Source: Dehalococcoidia bacterium
GTDB taxonomy: Bacteria > Chloroflexota > Dehalococcoidia > Lucifugimonadales > JAPUKM01
NCBI GenBank assembly: GCA_965248865.1
Contig: CBDFKP010000002.1
Span: forward strand, 376,610-440,609
DNA length: 64,000 nt
Direction of reading: 5' to 3'
Shown piece after piece: positions 9,505-19,665 of this stretch. Each line of letters begins with the position of its first letter. The stretch's first letter is position 1. Made by a program: the position numbers and the translations under genes. Below the pieces are notes generated by a model. It had not been told where the DNA came from. It made no database searches and was given only the letters and a program-made list of their open reading frames with translations.

Positions 9505-12175
9505 TACAGGCTACAACATGCTCAAATCCCCCTTGCGGTTCATTACAGACTCAAGCGGGCGGGCCATCAAGAAGTTCCGCCCCATTGTTGAGCGTATCAA
9601 TGCCCTTGAGCCTTCCCTGGAGCGCCTCTCCGACGACGAGCTCAAGGCGAACACCGCGGAGTTCCGGGCCCGTCTTGAGCGGGACGCCGAGCTGGACGAC
9701 CTGCTGGTGGAGGCCTTCGCCCACGTCCGTGAGGCGGCCAAGCGCACCATCGGCCAGCGCCACTACGATGTCCAGCTCATAGGAGGCACCGCGCTTCACC
9801 AGGGGAAGATCGCCGAGATGCAGACGGGAGAGGGAAAGACCCTGGTGGCCACCCTTCCTCTCTACCTGAACGCGCTGGAGGGCAAGGGTGCCCACCTGAT
9901 CACGGTCAACGACTACCTGGCCAAGCGGGACACCCAGTGGATGGGCCCCATTTTTCACCTTCTGGGACTGAGCGTCGGCTGCCTCCAGCATGAGTCGTCG
10001 TATATCTACGATCCGGACACCGAAAACGACAGTCCGAACCTGGTCAACCTGCGACCGGCGACCCGCAGGGAGGCGTACCAGGCGGACGTTACCTATGGGA
10101 CCAACAACGAGTTCGGGTTCGATTACCTGCGGGACAACATGATCGCCGACCCCTCCCAGGTGGCGCAGCAGGAGCTCCACTACGCCATTGTGGATGAGGT
10201 GGACAACATCCTCATCGACGAGGCACGCACCCCGCTGATCATCAGCGGCCCGGCCCAGGAGCCCGCCAAGCTCTACCCCGCCACGGCCCGACTGGCGGCA
10301 CGGCTGGTGGCGGAGGTGGACTACACCGTCGATGAGAAGCTACGCTCCGTCACCCTCACGGAAGAGGGCATCTCCAAGGTAGAGCGGGGGCTCAACCTCG
10401 ATAACCTCTACGCACCGGAGAACGTGGCACTGACCCACTACGTGGACAATGGACTCAAGGCCTCGGTCATCTTCCAGCGGGATAGGGACTACGTGGTCCA
10501 GGACGGTGAGGTGATCATAGTAGACGAGTTCACCGGGCGTCTCATGCCCGGGCGGCGCTACTCTGAGGGGTTGCACCAGGCCATAGAGGCCAAGGAGGGG
10601 CTCCAGGTCCGTCGGGAGAGCATCACCTACGCCACCATTACCTTGCAGAACTACTTCCGCCTCTACCGGAAGCTCTCGGGCATGACCGGCACGGCCGCCA
10701 CCGAGTCAGACGAGTTTTTCAAGATATACAGGTTGGAGGTCGTCGTCATTCCCACCAACAAATCGATGATCCGGGTGAACACCCCTGACCTGGTGTATAA
10801 GAATGAGAGGGCCAAGTACAACGCGGCTGCGCAGGAGATAGCCGAGCTCCATAAGGAGGGTCGCCCCGTGCTGGTGGGCACCACCTCCATCGAGAAGTCC
10901 CAGGAGCTCAGCGACCTCCTCAAACGGCGTGGCATTCCCTGCCAGGTGCTGAACGCAAAGTTTCATGAGAAGGAGGCGTCCGTGGTGGCCCAAGCCGGAC
11001 GTCTGGGTGCGGTGACCGTGGCCACCAGTATGGCCGGTCGTGGTACCGATATCGTCCTGGGAGGGAACCCGGAGAGCCGTGCCCCGGAGGAGTGGCAGGA
11101 GGAGCACGACAAGGTGGTGGCGCTGGGGGGGCTCCACATCCTCGGCACGGAGCGCCACGACGCCCGGCGCATCGATAACCAGCTCCGCGGCAGGGCGGCG
11201 CGCCAGGGCGACCCCGGGAGCGCTCAGTTCTACGTCTCCCTGGAGGACGACCTGATGCGTCGCTTCGGCGGCGATAGGATCAAGAAGATTATGGGCTGGG
11301 CCGGACTGGAGGAGGAGGTTCCCATTCAATCGCGCCTGGTTACCAAGGCCATCGGAAGCTCTCAAGTGAAGGTGGAGGCGGCCAACTTCGACATCCGCAA
11401 GCACCTGGTGGACTACGACGACGTTATCAACGTCCACAGGGACCTGATCTACAGCGAGCGTCGTAAGATCGTGTCCGGAGCCGATCTGAGGTCGAACATT
11501 CAGGAGATGGTCCACCGGGAGATCGATGACCTGGTGGCCGCCCACACCTCCGACCGGGACCGGGACGAGTGGACCCTGGACAGCCTTGTAGCGGAGCTTC
11601 AGTCCATCATGCCCCTGCCCTCGGACCTGGCCGTGGACCGCCTCTACGACCTCACTCCGGAGGAGATGGGTGATGCCATCATCGCCCACGCCGACGCCGT
11701 GTACGAGGAGCGTGAAGGGCTGCTGGGGGCCGAGCAGATGCGGGCGATGGAGCGCGTGGTGATGCTCCGGGTCATGGACTCCCATTGGGTGGAGCACCTG
11801 ACGGCGATGCAGAACCTTCGGGAGGGCATAGGGCTACAGGCCTACGGCCAGCGGGACCCCCTTGTCATGTACCGAAAAGAGGCGCATGAGATGTTCGAGG
11901 AGCTTCTCAGAAGCGTCCAGCATGACATCGTTCACACCCTGTTCCATGTGGTGCCCGCGCCTGGCGGAGCGGCCTCAGCCGCGCCGGCCTCATCAAGTGG
12001 TGCATTGCAGACTGGAAGAGGCGCGGTGGTGGCGGCATCCCGGCCCAGCGTCATGGCGAATGCCGTTGGCAATCGTGGTGCGGCAACGCCTGGCGGTGCC
12101 AAGGTGGGCCGCAACGACCCGTGTCCCTGCGGCAGCGGCAAGAAGTACAAACGGTGCCACGGCGCCGCTGCATAG
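9500..12175 (+). CDS. secA: preprotein translocase ATPase SecA
   Basis: [13 protein letters not shown] and [19 protein letters not shown] motor motifs. C-terminal Zn finger [14 protein letters not shown]. The start could instead be Met7 (9518). Confidence 0.95.
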   Translation: MNTGYNMLKSPLRFITDSSGRAIKKFRPIVERINALEPSLERLSDDELKANTAEFRARLERDAELDDLLVEAFAHVREAAKRTIGQRHYDVQLIGGTALHQGKIAEMQTGEGKTLVATLPLYLNALEGKGAHLITVNDYLAKRDTQWMGPIFHLLGLSVGCLQHESSYIYDPDTENDSPNLVNLRPATRREAYQADVTYGTNNEFGFDYLRDNMIADPSQVAQQELHYAIVDEVDNILIDEARTPLIISGPAQEPAKLYPATARLAARLVAEVDYTVDEKLRSVTLTEEGISKVERGLNLDNLYAPENVALTHYVDNGLKASVIFQRDRDYVVQDGEVIIVDEFTGRLMPGRRYSEGLHQAIEAKEGLQVRRESITYATITLQNYFRLYRKLSGMTGTAATESDEFFKIYRLEVVVIPTNKSMIRVNTPDLVYKNERAKYNAAAQEIAELHKEGRPVLVGTTSIEKSQELSDLLKRRGIPCQVLNAKFHEKEASVVAQAGRLGAVTVATSMAGRGTDIVLGGNPESRAPEEWQEEHDKVVALGGLHILGTERHDARRIDNQLRGRAARQGDPGSAQFYVSLEDDLMRRFGGDRIKKIMGWAGLEEEVPIQSRLVTKAIGSSQVKVEAANFDIRKHLVDYDDVINVHRDLIYSERRKIVSGADLRSNIQEMVHREIDDLVAAHTSDRDRDEWTLDSLVAELQSIMPLPSDLAVDRLYDLTPEEMGDAIIAHADAVYEEREGLLGAEQMRAMERVVMLRVMDSHWVEHLTAMQNLREGIGLQAYGQRDPLVMYRKEAHEMFEELLRSVQHDIVHTLFHVVPAPGGAASAAPASSSGALQTGRGAVVAASRPSVMANAVGNRGAATPGGAKVGRNDPCPCGSGKKYKRCHGAAA
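12107..12170 (+). repeat. 64-bp direct repeat copy 1 (secA Zn-finger tail)
   Basis: Repeated at 12670-12733 with one substitution (TGC/TGT Cys codon). Confidence 0.92.
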
Positions 12176-12188
12176 GAGGTTTGTTGTA

Positions 12189-12422
12189 ATGCGATTGTTT
12201 CACCTAATACAGAAGGGCATTCTCCTGGAGTTTCAGGAGGAATCTGAGGGCGGTTACACGGTTACAGTACCATCACTGCCGGGATGCGTGTCGTATGGCG
12301 AAAGCTTCGAACAAGCGATTGAGATGATCAAGGATGCTATGGAAGGATGGCTTGCCGTGGCCGGCGAGGAGGGGGTAGCCATTCCGGAGCCCTTCCGGTC
12401 GGTCAAGATCGCCAGTTTGTGA
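12189..12422 (+). CDS. hicB: HicB-family antitoxin (UPF0150-like)
   Basis: MRLFHLIQKGILLEFQEESEGGYTVTVPSLPGCVSYGESFEQAIEMIKDAMEGWL is typical of the HicB N-domain. Stop overlaps GTG of the next gene. Confidence 0.75.
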   Translation: MRLFHLIQKGILLEFQEESEGGYTVTVPSLPGCVSYGESFEQAIEMIKDAMEGWLAVAGEEGVAIPEPFRSVKIASL

Positions 12423-12662
12423 GAGTTGCTGTGCGCGGCGATCTTCCGACTCTCAGGCCGCAAGCGGTTGCACGTGTTTTGGAACGAGCTGGCTTTACTA
12501 GTGAAGCGGCAAACAGGGGCACACCTTATTCTATTTAAAGAAGGATTGCGAAGGCCGGTTACCGTACCGTTGCATCGGGGAGACCTGCCAAGGGGAACTT
12601 TGAGAGCTATCATTCGGGAAGCTGGTTTAACTGTGGGGGAGTTTCTTGCCTTACTCACATAA
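12419..12662 (+). pseudogene. hicA: HicA-family toxin, apparently frameshifted
   Basis: From GTG 12419 the N-terminus reads VRGDLPTLRPQAVARVLERAGFT and then stops (12536-12538). The rest ([54 protein letters not shown]) is in the adjacent frame. A 1-nt indel near 12497-12501 would restore a canonical HicA. Confidence 0.7.
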
Positions 12663-12669
12663 TGGCCAT

Positions 12670-12733
12670 GGCCGCAACGACCCGTGTCCCTGTGGCAGCG
12701 GCAAGAAGTACAAACGGTGCCACGGCGCCGCTG
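12670..12733 (+). repeat. 64-bp direct repeat copy 2 (orphan secA tail relic)
   Basis: Reads [22 protein letters not shown] and then TGA (12736-12738), with no gene body upstream. Confidence 0.92.
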
Positions 12734-12794
12734 GGTGATGGCTCATGTATCTGACCCAGGGTGAGAACAGCTCTCCAGATGGTGCTCCAGTCGC

Positions 12795-14549
12795 ATGAAC
12801 AACCTCCAGATAGCGGACGTGTTTACCAAGATCGCCGCTCTCACGGACCTGAAGGGCGAGGGCGTCTTCGTTGTGCGCGCCTACCAGCGGGCGGCCCACA
12901 CCATCGAGCGGCTTCCCGTGGAGCTGGAGCAGTACGTGGCCGAGGGGAACAACCTCCGAGAGATCTCCGGCATAGGCGAGGCCATCTCCAAGAAGATTCG
13001 GGAGCTCCTGGAGACCGGGCGGTTGGAGTTCTACGAGAAGCTAAAGGCAGAGTTTCCGGAGGGGCTGCTCCAGCTTTTGGATGTCCCGGGTATAGGGCCC
13101 AAGACCGCCATGCTGGTCTGTACGGAGCTGGGCGTCTCCACCGTGGAGGAGCTTGAGGCCGCCATTGAGGACGGCCGGGTGGCGGCGCTGCCTCGCCTTG
13201 GGGAGAAGGCGGCGGAGAACATCCTGCGCCACATCCGTTCCCCCCGGACCAAGGAGCAGCGCACACCCCTGGGGCGGGCCCTGCCCGTGGCCGAGGCGGT
13301 GATAGAGCATCTGCGCCAGCGAGGTCCGGGGATCAGGCGACTGGAGCCCGCCGGGAGCCTGCGCCGCTACGAGGAGACCGTGGGGGACATCGACCTGGTC
13401 TGTACCGCCGACGACCCCAAGGGGGTCATAGATGCCTTCGTGGCCTTGCCGGAGGTGGCGGATGTCCTGGGCCACGGCTCCACCAAGGGCAGCGTGGTCA
13501 CCAAGGTGGGGCTCCAGGTAGACCTCCGCGTGGTGACGGACGAGGAGTACGGCTCCCTGCTCCAATACTTCACCGGCAGCAAGCAGCACAACGTCATCCT
13601 CAGGGAGTATGCCAATCGCATGGGCCTCTCCCTCAACGAGTACGGTATTACCGATACAAAGACGGGCGAGGTTCAGAAGTACACCGATGAGGAGCCCTTC
13701 TACGCCCGGCTTGGCCTTCCCTACTTCCCGCCGGAGCTGCGCCAGGGCACCACGGAGCTGGATGTGGCCCGCCGCGGCGCTCTCCCTAACCTGGTAGAGA
13801 TGAGCCACATCAACGGCGACCTCCACGTCCACACGGACTGGAGCGACGGTCGTGACGCCATGGAGGCCATGCTGGCCGCCGCCGCGGAGCGGGGCTACCA
13901 GTACCTCGCCATCACGGACCACTCCTCCGGCCGCGGCATCGCCAACGGACTGACCAGGGAGCGGTTGCTCCGCCAGATCGAGCTCGTCCGCTCCCTGGAT
14001 GGGCGGTTCGGCACCATGAAGCTCCTCACCGGCTCGGAGGTGGACATCCGGGCGGACGGCTCCCTGGACTATGCGGAAGAGTTGCTAAGGGAGCTGGATG
14101 TGGTGGTGGCCTCCGTCCACTCCGCCATGGGTCAGGATAGAGAGACAATGACGGAGCGTATCATAAGGGCTATGAGGAACCCCTATGTCACCGTCATCGG
14201 CCACCCCACCACTCGGCTGGTGGGCCAGCGCCCGCCCATTGAGGTGGATATGGAGGCGCTGTTCCAGGCTGCGGCGGAGACCGGCACGGCCATGGAGATC
14301 AACGCCTCACCGGACCGCATGGACCTGCGGGACGTCCACGTGCTGCGGGCCAAGGAGGTGGGCGTTCCCCTGATGATCAACACAGATGCCCACTGGACGG
14401 AGCATTTTGCTAATATGCGCTTCGGTGTGGCGGTGGCCCGCCGGGGCTGGTGTGAGGCCATTCACATTGTCAACACCCGTCCCCTGGACGAGTTTCTCGC
14501 CTTCATACGCCGCAAACGTACTCAACCGAAGGCCACGGTGGTACACTAG
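12795..14549 (+). CDS. polX: DNA polymerase X family protein with C-terminal PHP domain
   Basis: Pol-beta-like HhH N-terminus, nucleotidyltransferase motif GSLRRYEETVGDIDLV and PHP motif GDLHVHTDWSDG. 584 aa. Confidence 0.9.
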   Translation: MNNLQIADVFTKIAALTDLKGEGVFVVRAYQRAAHTIERLPVELEQYVAEGNNLREISGIGEAISKKIRELLETGRLEFYEKLKAEFPEGLLQLLDVPGIGPKTAMLVCTELGVSTVEELEAAIEDGRVAALPRLGEKAAENILRHIRSPRTKEQRTPLGRALPVAEAVIEHLRQRGPGIRRLEPAGSLRRYEETVGDIDLVCTADDPKGVIDAFVALPEVADVLGHGSTKGSVVTKVGLQVDLRVVTDEEYGSLLQYFTGSKQHNVILREYANRMGLSLNEYGITDTKTGEVQKYTDEEPFYARLGLPYFPPELRQGTTELDVARRGALPNLVEMSHINGDLHVHTDWSDGRDAMEAMLAAAAERGYQYLAITDHSSGRGIANGLTRERLLRQIELVRSLDGRFGTMKLLTGSEVDIRADGSLDYAEELLRELDVVVASVHSAMGQDRETMTERIIRAMRNPYVTVIGHPTTRLVGQRPPIEVDMEALFQAAAETGTAMEINASPDRMDLRDVHVLRAKEVGVPLMINTDAHWTEHFANMRFGVAVARRGWCEAIHIVNTRPLDEFLAFIRRKRTQPKATVVH

Positions 14550-14559
14550 CCAGGGAGCC

Positions 14560-15315
14560 ATGGTGAGTAGCGAGAAGAAGATTGAGGGTGGCCCGTCACG
14601 GCGGAGGCGGAAAGCCTCCGTGGGCACTGACGCCGTAGAGCACCTCCGCACCTCCATTGCGGAGGGAGGCTCGTGGTTTAGAGCACTCCTGACCGCCGTC
14701 GGCATGTGGAGCCTTGCGGAGGAGGAGGTGGATGGACGCCACTACCAGTACCTGTTGCAGGGAGAGGCCTTTGACTGGCTGGTGCTAGCGGAACGTCTTC
14801 TGGACGAGGTCGATGGTCTGGTGCCCTTGGAGGAGAAGGAGTCCCTGCTCTTCCTTAACAAGCTCCCCGACGACCTTTCCGAGACCGAGTTTCGCACCCT
14901 CATGGGGGACGATAAGTACCGGGCTCACTTGAACTTCTTCTACGGCGTTGTGGTGGAGGAGTCTCTTCTGCTGGCGGTGGAGGAGGAGGTGCGGAAACAG
15001 CGGATAGCCCAGAGCCTACCCGACAACGATGAGGTTGTGGAGCGGGCCTATCAACGCATCTACGGCGAAGGCCCTGAGCGCCTCCTCAAGGCCTTCCAGC
15101 GGAAGAGTGGACGGGCCACCAGCCGGTCACTATCCCTGACCGACCTCAAGGAGTTCACCTACTGGCTGTTCAAGCGCCGCATCAACGCCTCTGATAGCTC
15201 CAGAGTGGCCAGTGACACCAAGAAGGGGCTGGAGCGCCTCTTTCAGTTGCACGCCCCTCCGGTTCATGAGCCAGTGGTGGCACGCTCCACAGCGGGATGG
15301 ACTGTGGGGTCATAG
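14560..15315 (+). CDS. hypothetical protein
   Basis: ATG 14560 follows GGGAGCC. The 251-aa acidic, helical-looking ORF has no recognisable motif. The track ORF (14386) overlaps the polX end. Confidence 0.55.
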   Translation: MVSSEKKIEGGPSRRRRKASVGTDAVEHLRTSIAEGGSWFRALLTAVGMWSLAEEEVDGRHYQYLLQGEAFDWLVLAERLLDEVDGLVPLEEKESLLFLNKLPDDLSETEFRTLMGDDKYRAHLNFFYGVVVEESLLLAVEEEVRKQRIAQSLPDNDEVVERAYQRIYGEGPERLLKAFQRKSGRATSRSLSLTDLKEFTYWLFKRRINASDSSRVASDTKKGLERLFQLHAPPVHEPVVARSTAGWTVGS

Positions 15316-15425
15316 GCGTGGTTCAGGCTGCCACCTCAGAGCGCCTTGACAGTGCTGAACGGCTTTGCTGATTTTCACGAAATACGTAGGAACTTTCATG
15401 ACCGTGGAAGACTAAGGAGGGCGTT

Positions 15426-16364
15426 TTGAAGAAGATTTTCACCGAGCCGAGTGCGCCGTTCCAGGGTCTACCTTTTCTTGTGGCTATGGATAAGGGGTTC
15501 TTTGCCGAAGAGGGTATCCAGATCGAGTGGCCGGCGTCGTCAGACTATTGGAACAGGGGCTATCACACCGCCGGCGTTGGTGCCAACCCGGATGTCAAGA
15601 ATTGGAACCAGATAGCCTCTAACCGGGGCCACGCCTCCCAGCTAGACCAGCAGCAGGCAGACCTCTACTCGGGCTGCGAGTGGGGCAACTACCGCCGTTC
15701 CCAGGATACGACCCGCGGCGGCAAGCAGATAGGCCGGCGGTCCATCGTCGCCTGTGGCGCGGTGGTCGTGCCACCTTGGTCGGATGTGTACACACCCCAG
15801 CAGCTGGCAGATAAGCTGATCGCCGTCCCTTTCCACGCCGGTACCCACTACCTTACCATTCAGATGCTGGAGGGGTTCCTCCCGCGCGACCTCATCAAAG
15901 TGTGCGACGCCAGCGGCCTCTCTGCGGAGCGGTACCGTTCCATAATGCAGGGGGAGGTGGACGCCTGCAGCGTTACCGAGCCCTACATCACCGTGGCTGA
16001 GAAGGCCGGGTGTAGAGTAATCGTCCAGTCCTTCTATCACGGCACGGATGTGGCAACGGATGCTGTGGACGCCGAGACCTACGTGGCCATGAACCGGGCG
16101 GTCTCCAAGGCAGTCACGCTCCTGAATGCCGACAAGCGTTGGGCCGCACAGCTTTTTATCGACTTCCACAAAAGGGACCCGGACGTCGCAGCCCTCACAC
16201 ATGATGATTTCAATCTAAGCCGCCTGGTATTCGTAGACCCGTCGCCCATTCCTGAGGATGAGCTGCAGCGGACCTACGACTGGATGGTGAGCTGGGACAT
16301 GATAGATTCCGGGCACGCCGCTGATGACCTGGTGCATACCCAGGTGCAGAGCCAGGCCCACTAG
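15426..16364 (+). CDS. NMT1/THI5-like (NitT/TauT-type) substrate-binding-fold protein, no signal peptide seen
   Basis: LPFLVAMDKGFFAEEGIQIEW N-terminus is typical of the NMT1/SsuA-like fold. TTG start after AAGGAGG. Confidence 0.55.
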   Translation: MKKIFTEPSAPFQGLPFLVAMDKGFFAEEGIQIEWPASSDYWNRGYHTAGVGANPDVKNWNQIASNRGHASQLDQQQADLYSGCEWGNYRRSQDTTRGGKQIGRRSIVACGAVVVPPWSDVYTPQQLADKLIAVPFHAGTHYLTIQMLEGFLPRDLIKVCDASGLSAERYRSIMQGEVDACSVTEPYITVAEKAGCRVIVQSFYHGTDVATDAVDAETYVAMNRAVSKAVTLLNADKRWAAQLFIDFHKRDPDVAALTHDDFNLSRLVFVDPSPIPEDELQRTYDWMVSWDMIDSGHAADDLVHTQVQSQAH

Positions 16365-16481
16365 GCCCAGGCGGCAGCGGGCACCACTGGGGGCGTTCCG
16401 CTAAGGACTGCCTGGACTGGGCGGGGATATATCTTCCGCACCCTTTCTTCGTGCTGAGGAGTCACGGACTGTGCGACGGTC

Positions 16482-17774
16482 CTACGGCTCACCATCGCCG
16501 ATCTCTCGCCCGGATTCCGACCGGGGTATCGCTGGCCGCTGCTCATCTTCCTGTCGCAGTACCTCCTCCGGCGGCTTCAAATTGCGGAACATGGTGTAGA
16601 GCGCAAGGTCGTAGATCAACCGGAGTATACCGCTGCCCACCAGGGGCACGCCGGAGGAGACGGCACTCCAGAGGGCCGTAGCGACCGATGGGCTAATGGA
16701 CTGGGCCACACCCCGGCCGATGGTGTTCATGCTTGCCATCGCCGTCCTCTCGGCGGGGCTCACCAGGGCCATGGTGTAGGAGTCTCGGGCCGGTATGTCC
16801 ATCTGGCCAAAGAAGGCGCGTATTTGCCAGGCCGCCACCGCCATCCATGCCGTGGGGAATATCGGCACAAGGATGGTCACCAGGGCGGCCAGGCCGTGGG
16901 TATAGACCATGGTGTTGAGCAGCCCTATCCGGTGTGCCAGCTTGGCGGAGAGCCATAGTGACACCGCCGTGATAATGTTGGAGGCGGAGAAGATAAATCC
17001 CAGAGGAGCCAGCCCGATACCAAAGCGGGTGAAAAACCAGAGGGACATCAGGCTGTGCATCAGAAGACCGCTGGCGAAGTGGTCCACGCTGAACAGCCCG
17101 GACAGGGTAAAGATGACCCGTCGTGATGGCAGGCGTAGGGGGTTGTTCCAGCGGCCGGTGGTGGTGGCCACCTCCACCGCAGGCGAAAGCAGCAGGTAGA
17201 GCAGGGAGGCCGATGTCGTCAGGAAGGCATACCCCAGGAACATGACTTTCAGAGCGTCCACCTCGCTGAGGCCCAGGGGCGCTCGGTAGAGATCGGGAAG
17301 ACCGGATGTCAGCGCCCCCAGCGCTGTGCCCAGGGTACGGGAGATGTTGAAAACGGCGTAGAGGTCGGTGCGTCGCTCCGGGGCCGTGGTGTCCGCCAGA
17401 GAGGCTAGCTCCAGAGGGTGCGTAGCGCTGGCCCCCACGCCTTCGGCAACGAAGGCCCCTACAAAGGCGGCGACAACCAGCAGGGTATAGTTGTCCGTGA
17501 GCACCACGATCACAGCTACCACGGCGGACATCAACGGGAATAGCAGCAGCAGACGCCGCCGGCCCAGCCTGTCTCCCACGGTCCCCACAAGAATGGCCAG
17601 GAACGTCGCGCCCGCCAGACCCGCGGAGATAAAGAGTCCTATTTGGAGCACGCTGAAGCCCAGCTGGTTCAGGTAGATACCCAGGATCACCGCTATGGCC
17701 CCCTGGGCGAAGGTACGGACCCCGCGCGCCAGAACGATCAGCTTGCCATCGCGGTTGATCCAACGTAGTGGCAT
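16482..17774 (-). CDS. MFS transporter
   Basis: 430 aa, multi-TM, with the MFS loop motif GTVGDRLGRRRLLL. Confidence 0.85.
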   Translation of the reverse strand: MPLRWINRDGKLIVLARGVRTFAQGAIAVILGIYLNQLGFSVLQIGLFISAGLAGATFLAILVGTVGDRLGRRRLLLLFPLMSAVVAVIVVLTDNYTLLVVAAFVGAFVAEGVGASATHPLELASLADTTAPERRTDLYAVFNISRTLGTALGALTSGLPDLYRAPLGLSEVDALKVMFLGYAFLTTSASLLYLLLSPAVEVATTTGRWNNPLRLPSRRVIFTLSGLFSVDHFASGLLMHSLMSLWFFTRFGIGLAPLGFIFSASNIITAVSLWLSAKLAHRIGLLNTMVYTHGLAALVTILVPIFPTAWMAVAAWQIRAFFGQMDIPARDSYTMALVSPAERTAMASMNTIGRGVAQSISPSVATALWSAVSSGVPLVGSGILRLIYDLALYTMFRNLKPPEEVLRQEDEQRPAIPRSESGREIGDGEP

Positions 17775-17847
17775 ACGAGATACTCCATTCCATCCAGGTT
17801 ACGTATCCTGGAGTGGCAGCGGGGGCGATGCGGTCGTTCGGGACCGG

Positions 17848-18297
17848 CTACCCGAGGAGTTTCAGCAACCAGAAGGTGATACCAAGAGCCCCGCTGACTA
17901 TGCCCAGGAAGATGCCGGCCAAGCGGAGCCAGACCAGGAATCGCCACCGGGGGCTTGGGCCTTGCACCTGCCAGGGCATCAGCACCCCCCAGCGGCTTGT
18001 CGTATCGTCCGCTGCTATGGTGGCATCCTCCGAGTAGTAGGAGAGGACCACCTGGTTCCCTCCCAGCATGATGCGATCGCCGTTTCTCAGGAGCTGGCCC
18101 TCTCCCTCCAGTCGCTTGCTGTTCAGCCGGGTCCCGTTTCTGCTCCCCAGGTCCCTGACTCGGTGGCCGGACGGCTCCGGGGAGAGAAGGGCATGCTGAC
18201 GCGAAACAAGGGCGTCATCGATCACGATGGTGTTGTCCGCCGTCCGACCGATGGTGACCTCACCCTCGTCCGGCAAGATCACTTGCTGGTCGGCCAT
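17848..18297 (-). CDS. FHA domain protein with C-terminal TM anchor
   Basis: FHA core: VTIGRTADNTIVIDDALVSRQHALL...RDLGSRNGTRLN. C-terminal hydrophobic helix LAGIFLGIVSGALGITFWLL. Confidence 0.85.
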   Translation of the reverse strand: MADQQVILPDEGEVTIGRTADNTIVIDDALVSRQHALLSPEPSGHRVRDLGSRNGTRLNSKRLEGEGQLLRNGDRIMLGGNQVVLSYYSEDATIAADDTTSRWGVLMPWQVQGPSPRWRFLVWLRLAGIFLGIVSGALGITFWLLKLLG

Positions 18298-18330
18298 CCC
18301 TGGGCGTTTGATAACGAGCAGCGCTATGGG

Positions 18331-19618
18331 CTAACCCTCGCCATCTCCGGTTCCGTGCGTTACCTGGGATACTATAGCCGGTTCCATCTCTCTGGTCTCC
18401 TGGGGGGCCTCATCAGGTGGTTTTACCTTGCGAAACGTACGGTAGAGAAGGAGGTCGCCGCCTATCTGCATCGCCCCGCTACCTATGAAGGGCACCGCGG
18501 CCGCTATACCCAGGAGGAAGGCCGCCACTGGCGGTCCCACTATCATTGAGCTGCTGCCCCCCAGGGAGTTGGCCGTGGCCATGGCTACCCGCTCGTGAGG
18601 CTCCACAATGGCCATGGCGAACGACTGGCGCATAGGCATAGCCATCCGCCGGGTCAGGGAGTACGCGAGCCAGAGAGCGACCGCAATCCATGCGCTGGGG
18701 ACAAACGGAAGGGCCATTAGCAACAGGCCGGAGGGTAAGTGAGTAAGCACCATGGTGTTGATCAGGCCGAAGCGATTGGCCAGCTTGGCCCCTATCCAAA
18801 ACGAAGAGGCGACACCGATGTTTGAAGCAAAGAAGATGAGAGCCAGGGACTGAAGCTCAACGCCGAACCGGTCAACGAACCAGAAGGCAATCAGGCTCTG
18901 AATAACCAATGCACCCGCAGCATGGTCTATGGTGAACAGTCCGGCAACGGAAAAAATCTTACGGCGGGAAGGCAGCTTCAGTGGGTTGACCGGGCGTCGG
19001 TCCTTTCCGGACACCTCTGCCGCGGGTGAGAGCAGTATCGCCAGCACCGTTGCCACCAGGTTACCCAGGGCGTACCAGAGCATGATGACCTGATAGGACC
19101 CAAGCTCGCCCATTCCAAAGAGGCTCTGTAGCACGGGTGGCAACCCCACCAGGAGCGTTCCCACGGCGGTGCCCCCCTATGGCAAACATATTATAGACGG
19201 CATACAAGTCATTCCTCTTGTGGGCGGGAGCGCTATCCGCCAGGATTGCCTGTGCCAACGGCTGCAGGGCGCCCCCACCCCCTCCGACGCCGGTGAAGCC
19301 GGTGAGAAAGATGATGACTGCCAGGATAGGAAAGCTGGTTATGGTGGCCAGAGAGAGCCCCGTTATCACCCGGGCGGCGGTGAAAAAGGTCATCAGCCGT
19401 CTCCGACCGATATAGTTCGCGAAGAGGGCCGTGAGGATAGAGTAGCAGGCACCGCCCAGAAGACCGGCGGAGATGATAAGCCCCGACTGCACAATGCTTA
19501 TCCCCTGCAGGTCCAGATAGATGATCAGGAGCACCACCACGGGCCCCTGAGCGAACAGGCGACATGCCCGTGCCATGATGATCAGCTTGCCGTCTCGATT
19601 AATCCAGCTTAGCGGCAT
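18331..19618 (-). pseudogene. MFS transporter paralog, split by a frameshift in a C6 (G6) run
   Basis: The two ORFs (19061-19669 and 18331-19164) are together collinear with the 16482-17774 protein. Removing one C from 19172-19177 gives ...NMFAIGGTAVGTLLVGLPPVL. Confidence 0.75.
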
Positions 19619-19665
19619 AGTACGTAAGGGTTCATGCTTTCGGGCTGAGTCCTTGGGTGGCCGTA

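Noticed and set aside
11932-12899. Two minus-strand ORFs sharing the peptide [14 protein letters not shown].
   Set aside because: They are simply the antisense translation of the duplicated secA zinc-finger tail, not a gene family.
15316-15425. Possible TPP or other riboswitch upstream of the NMT1/THI5-like gene.
   Set aside because: The conserved TPP-riboswitch elements (CUGAGA and the pyrimidine-sensing helix) are not visible. Only a weak TTGACA-like hexamer is present.
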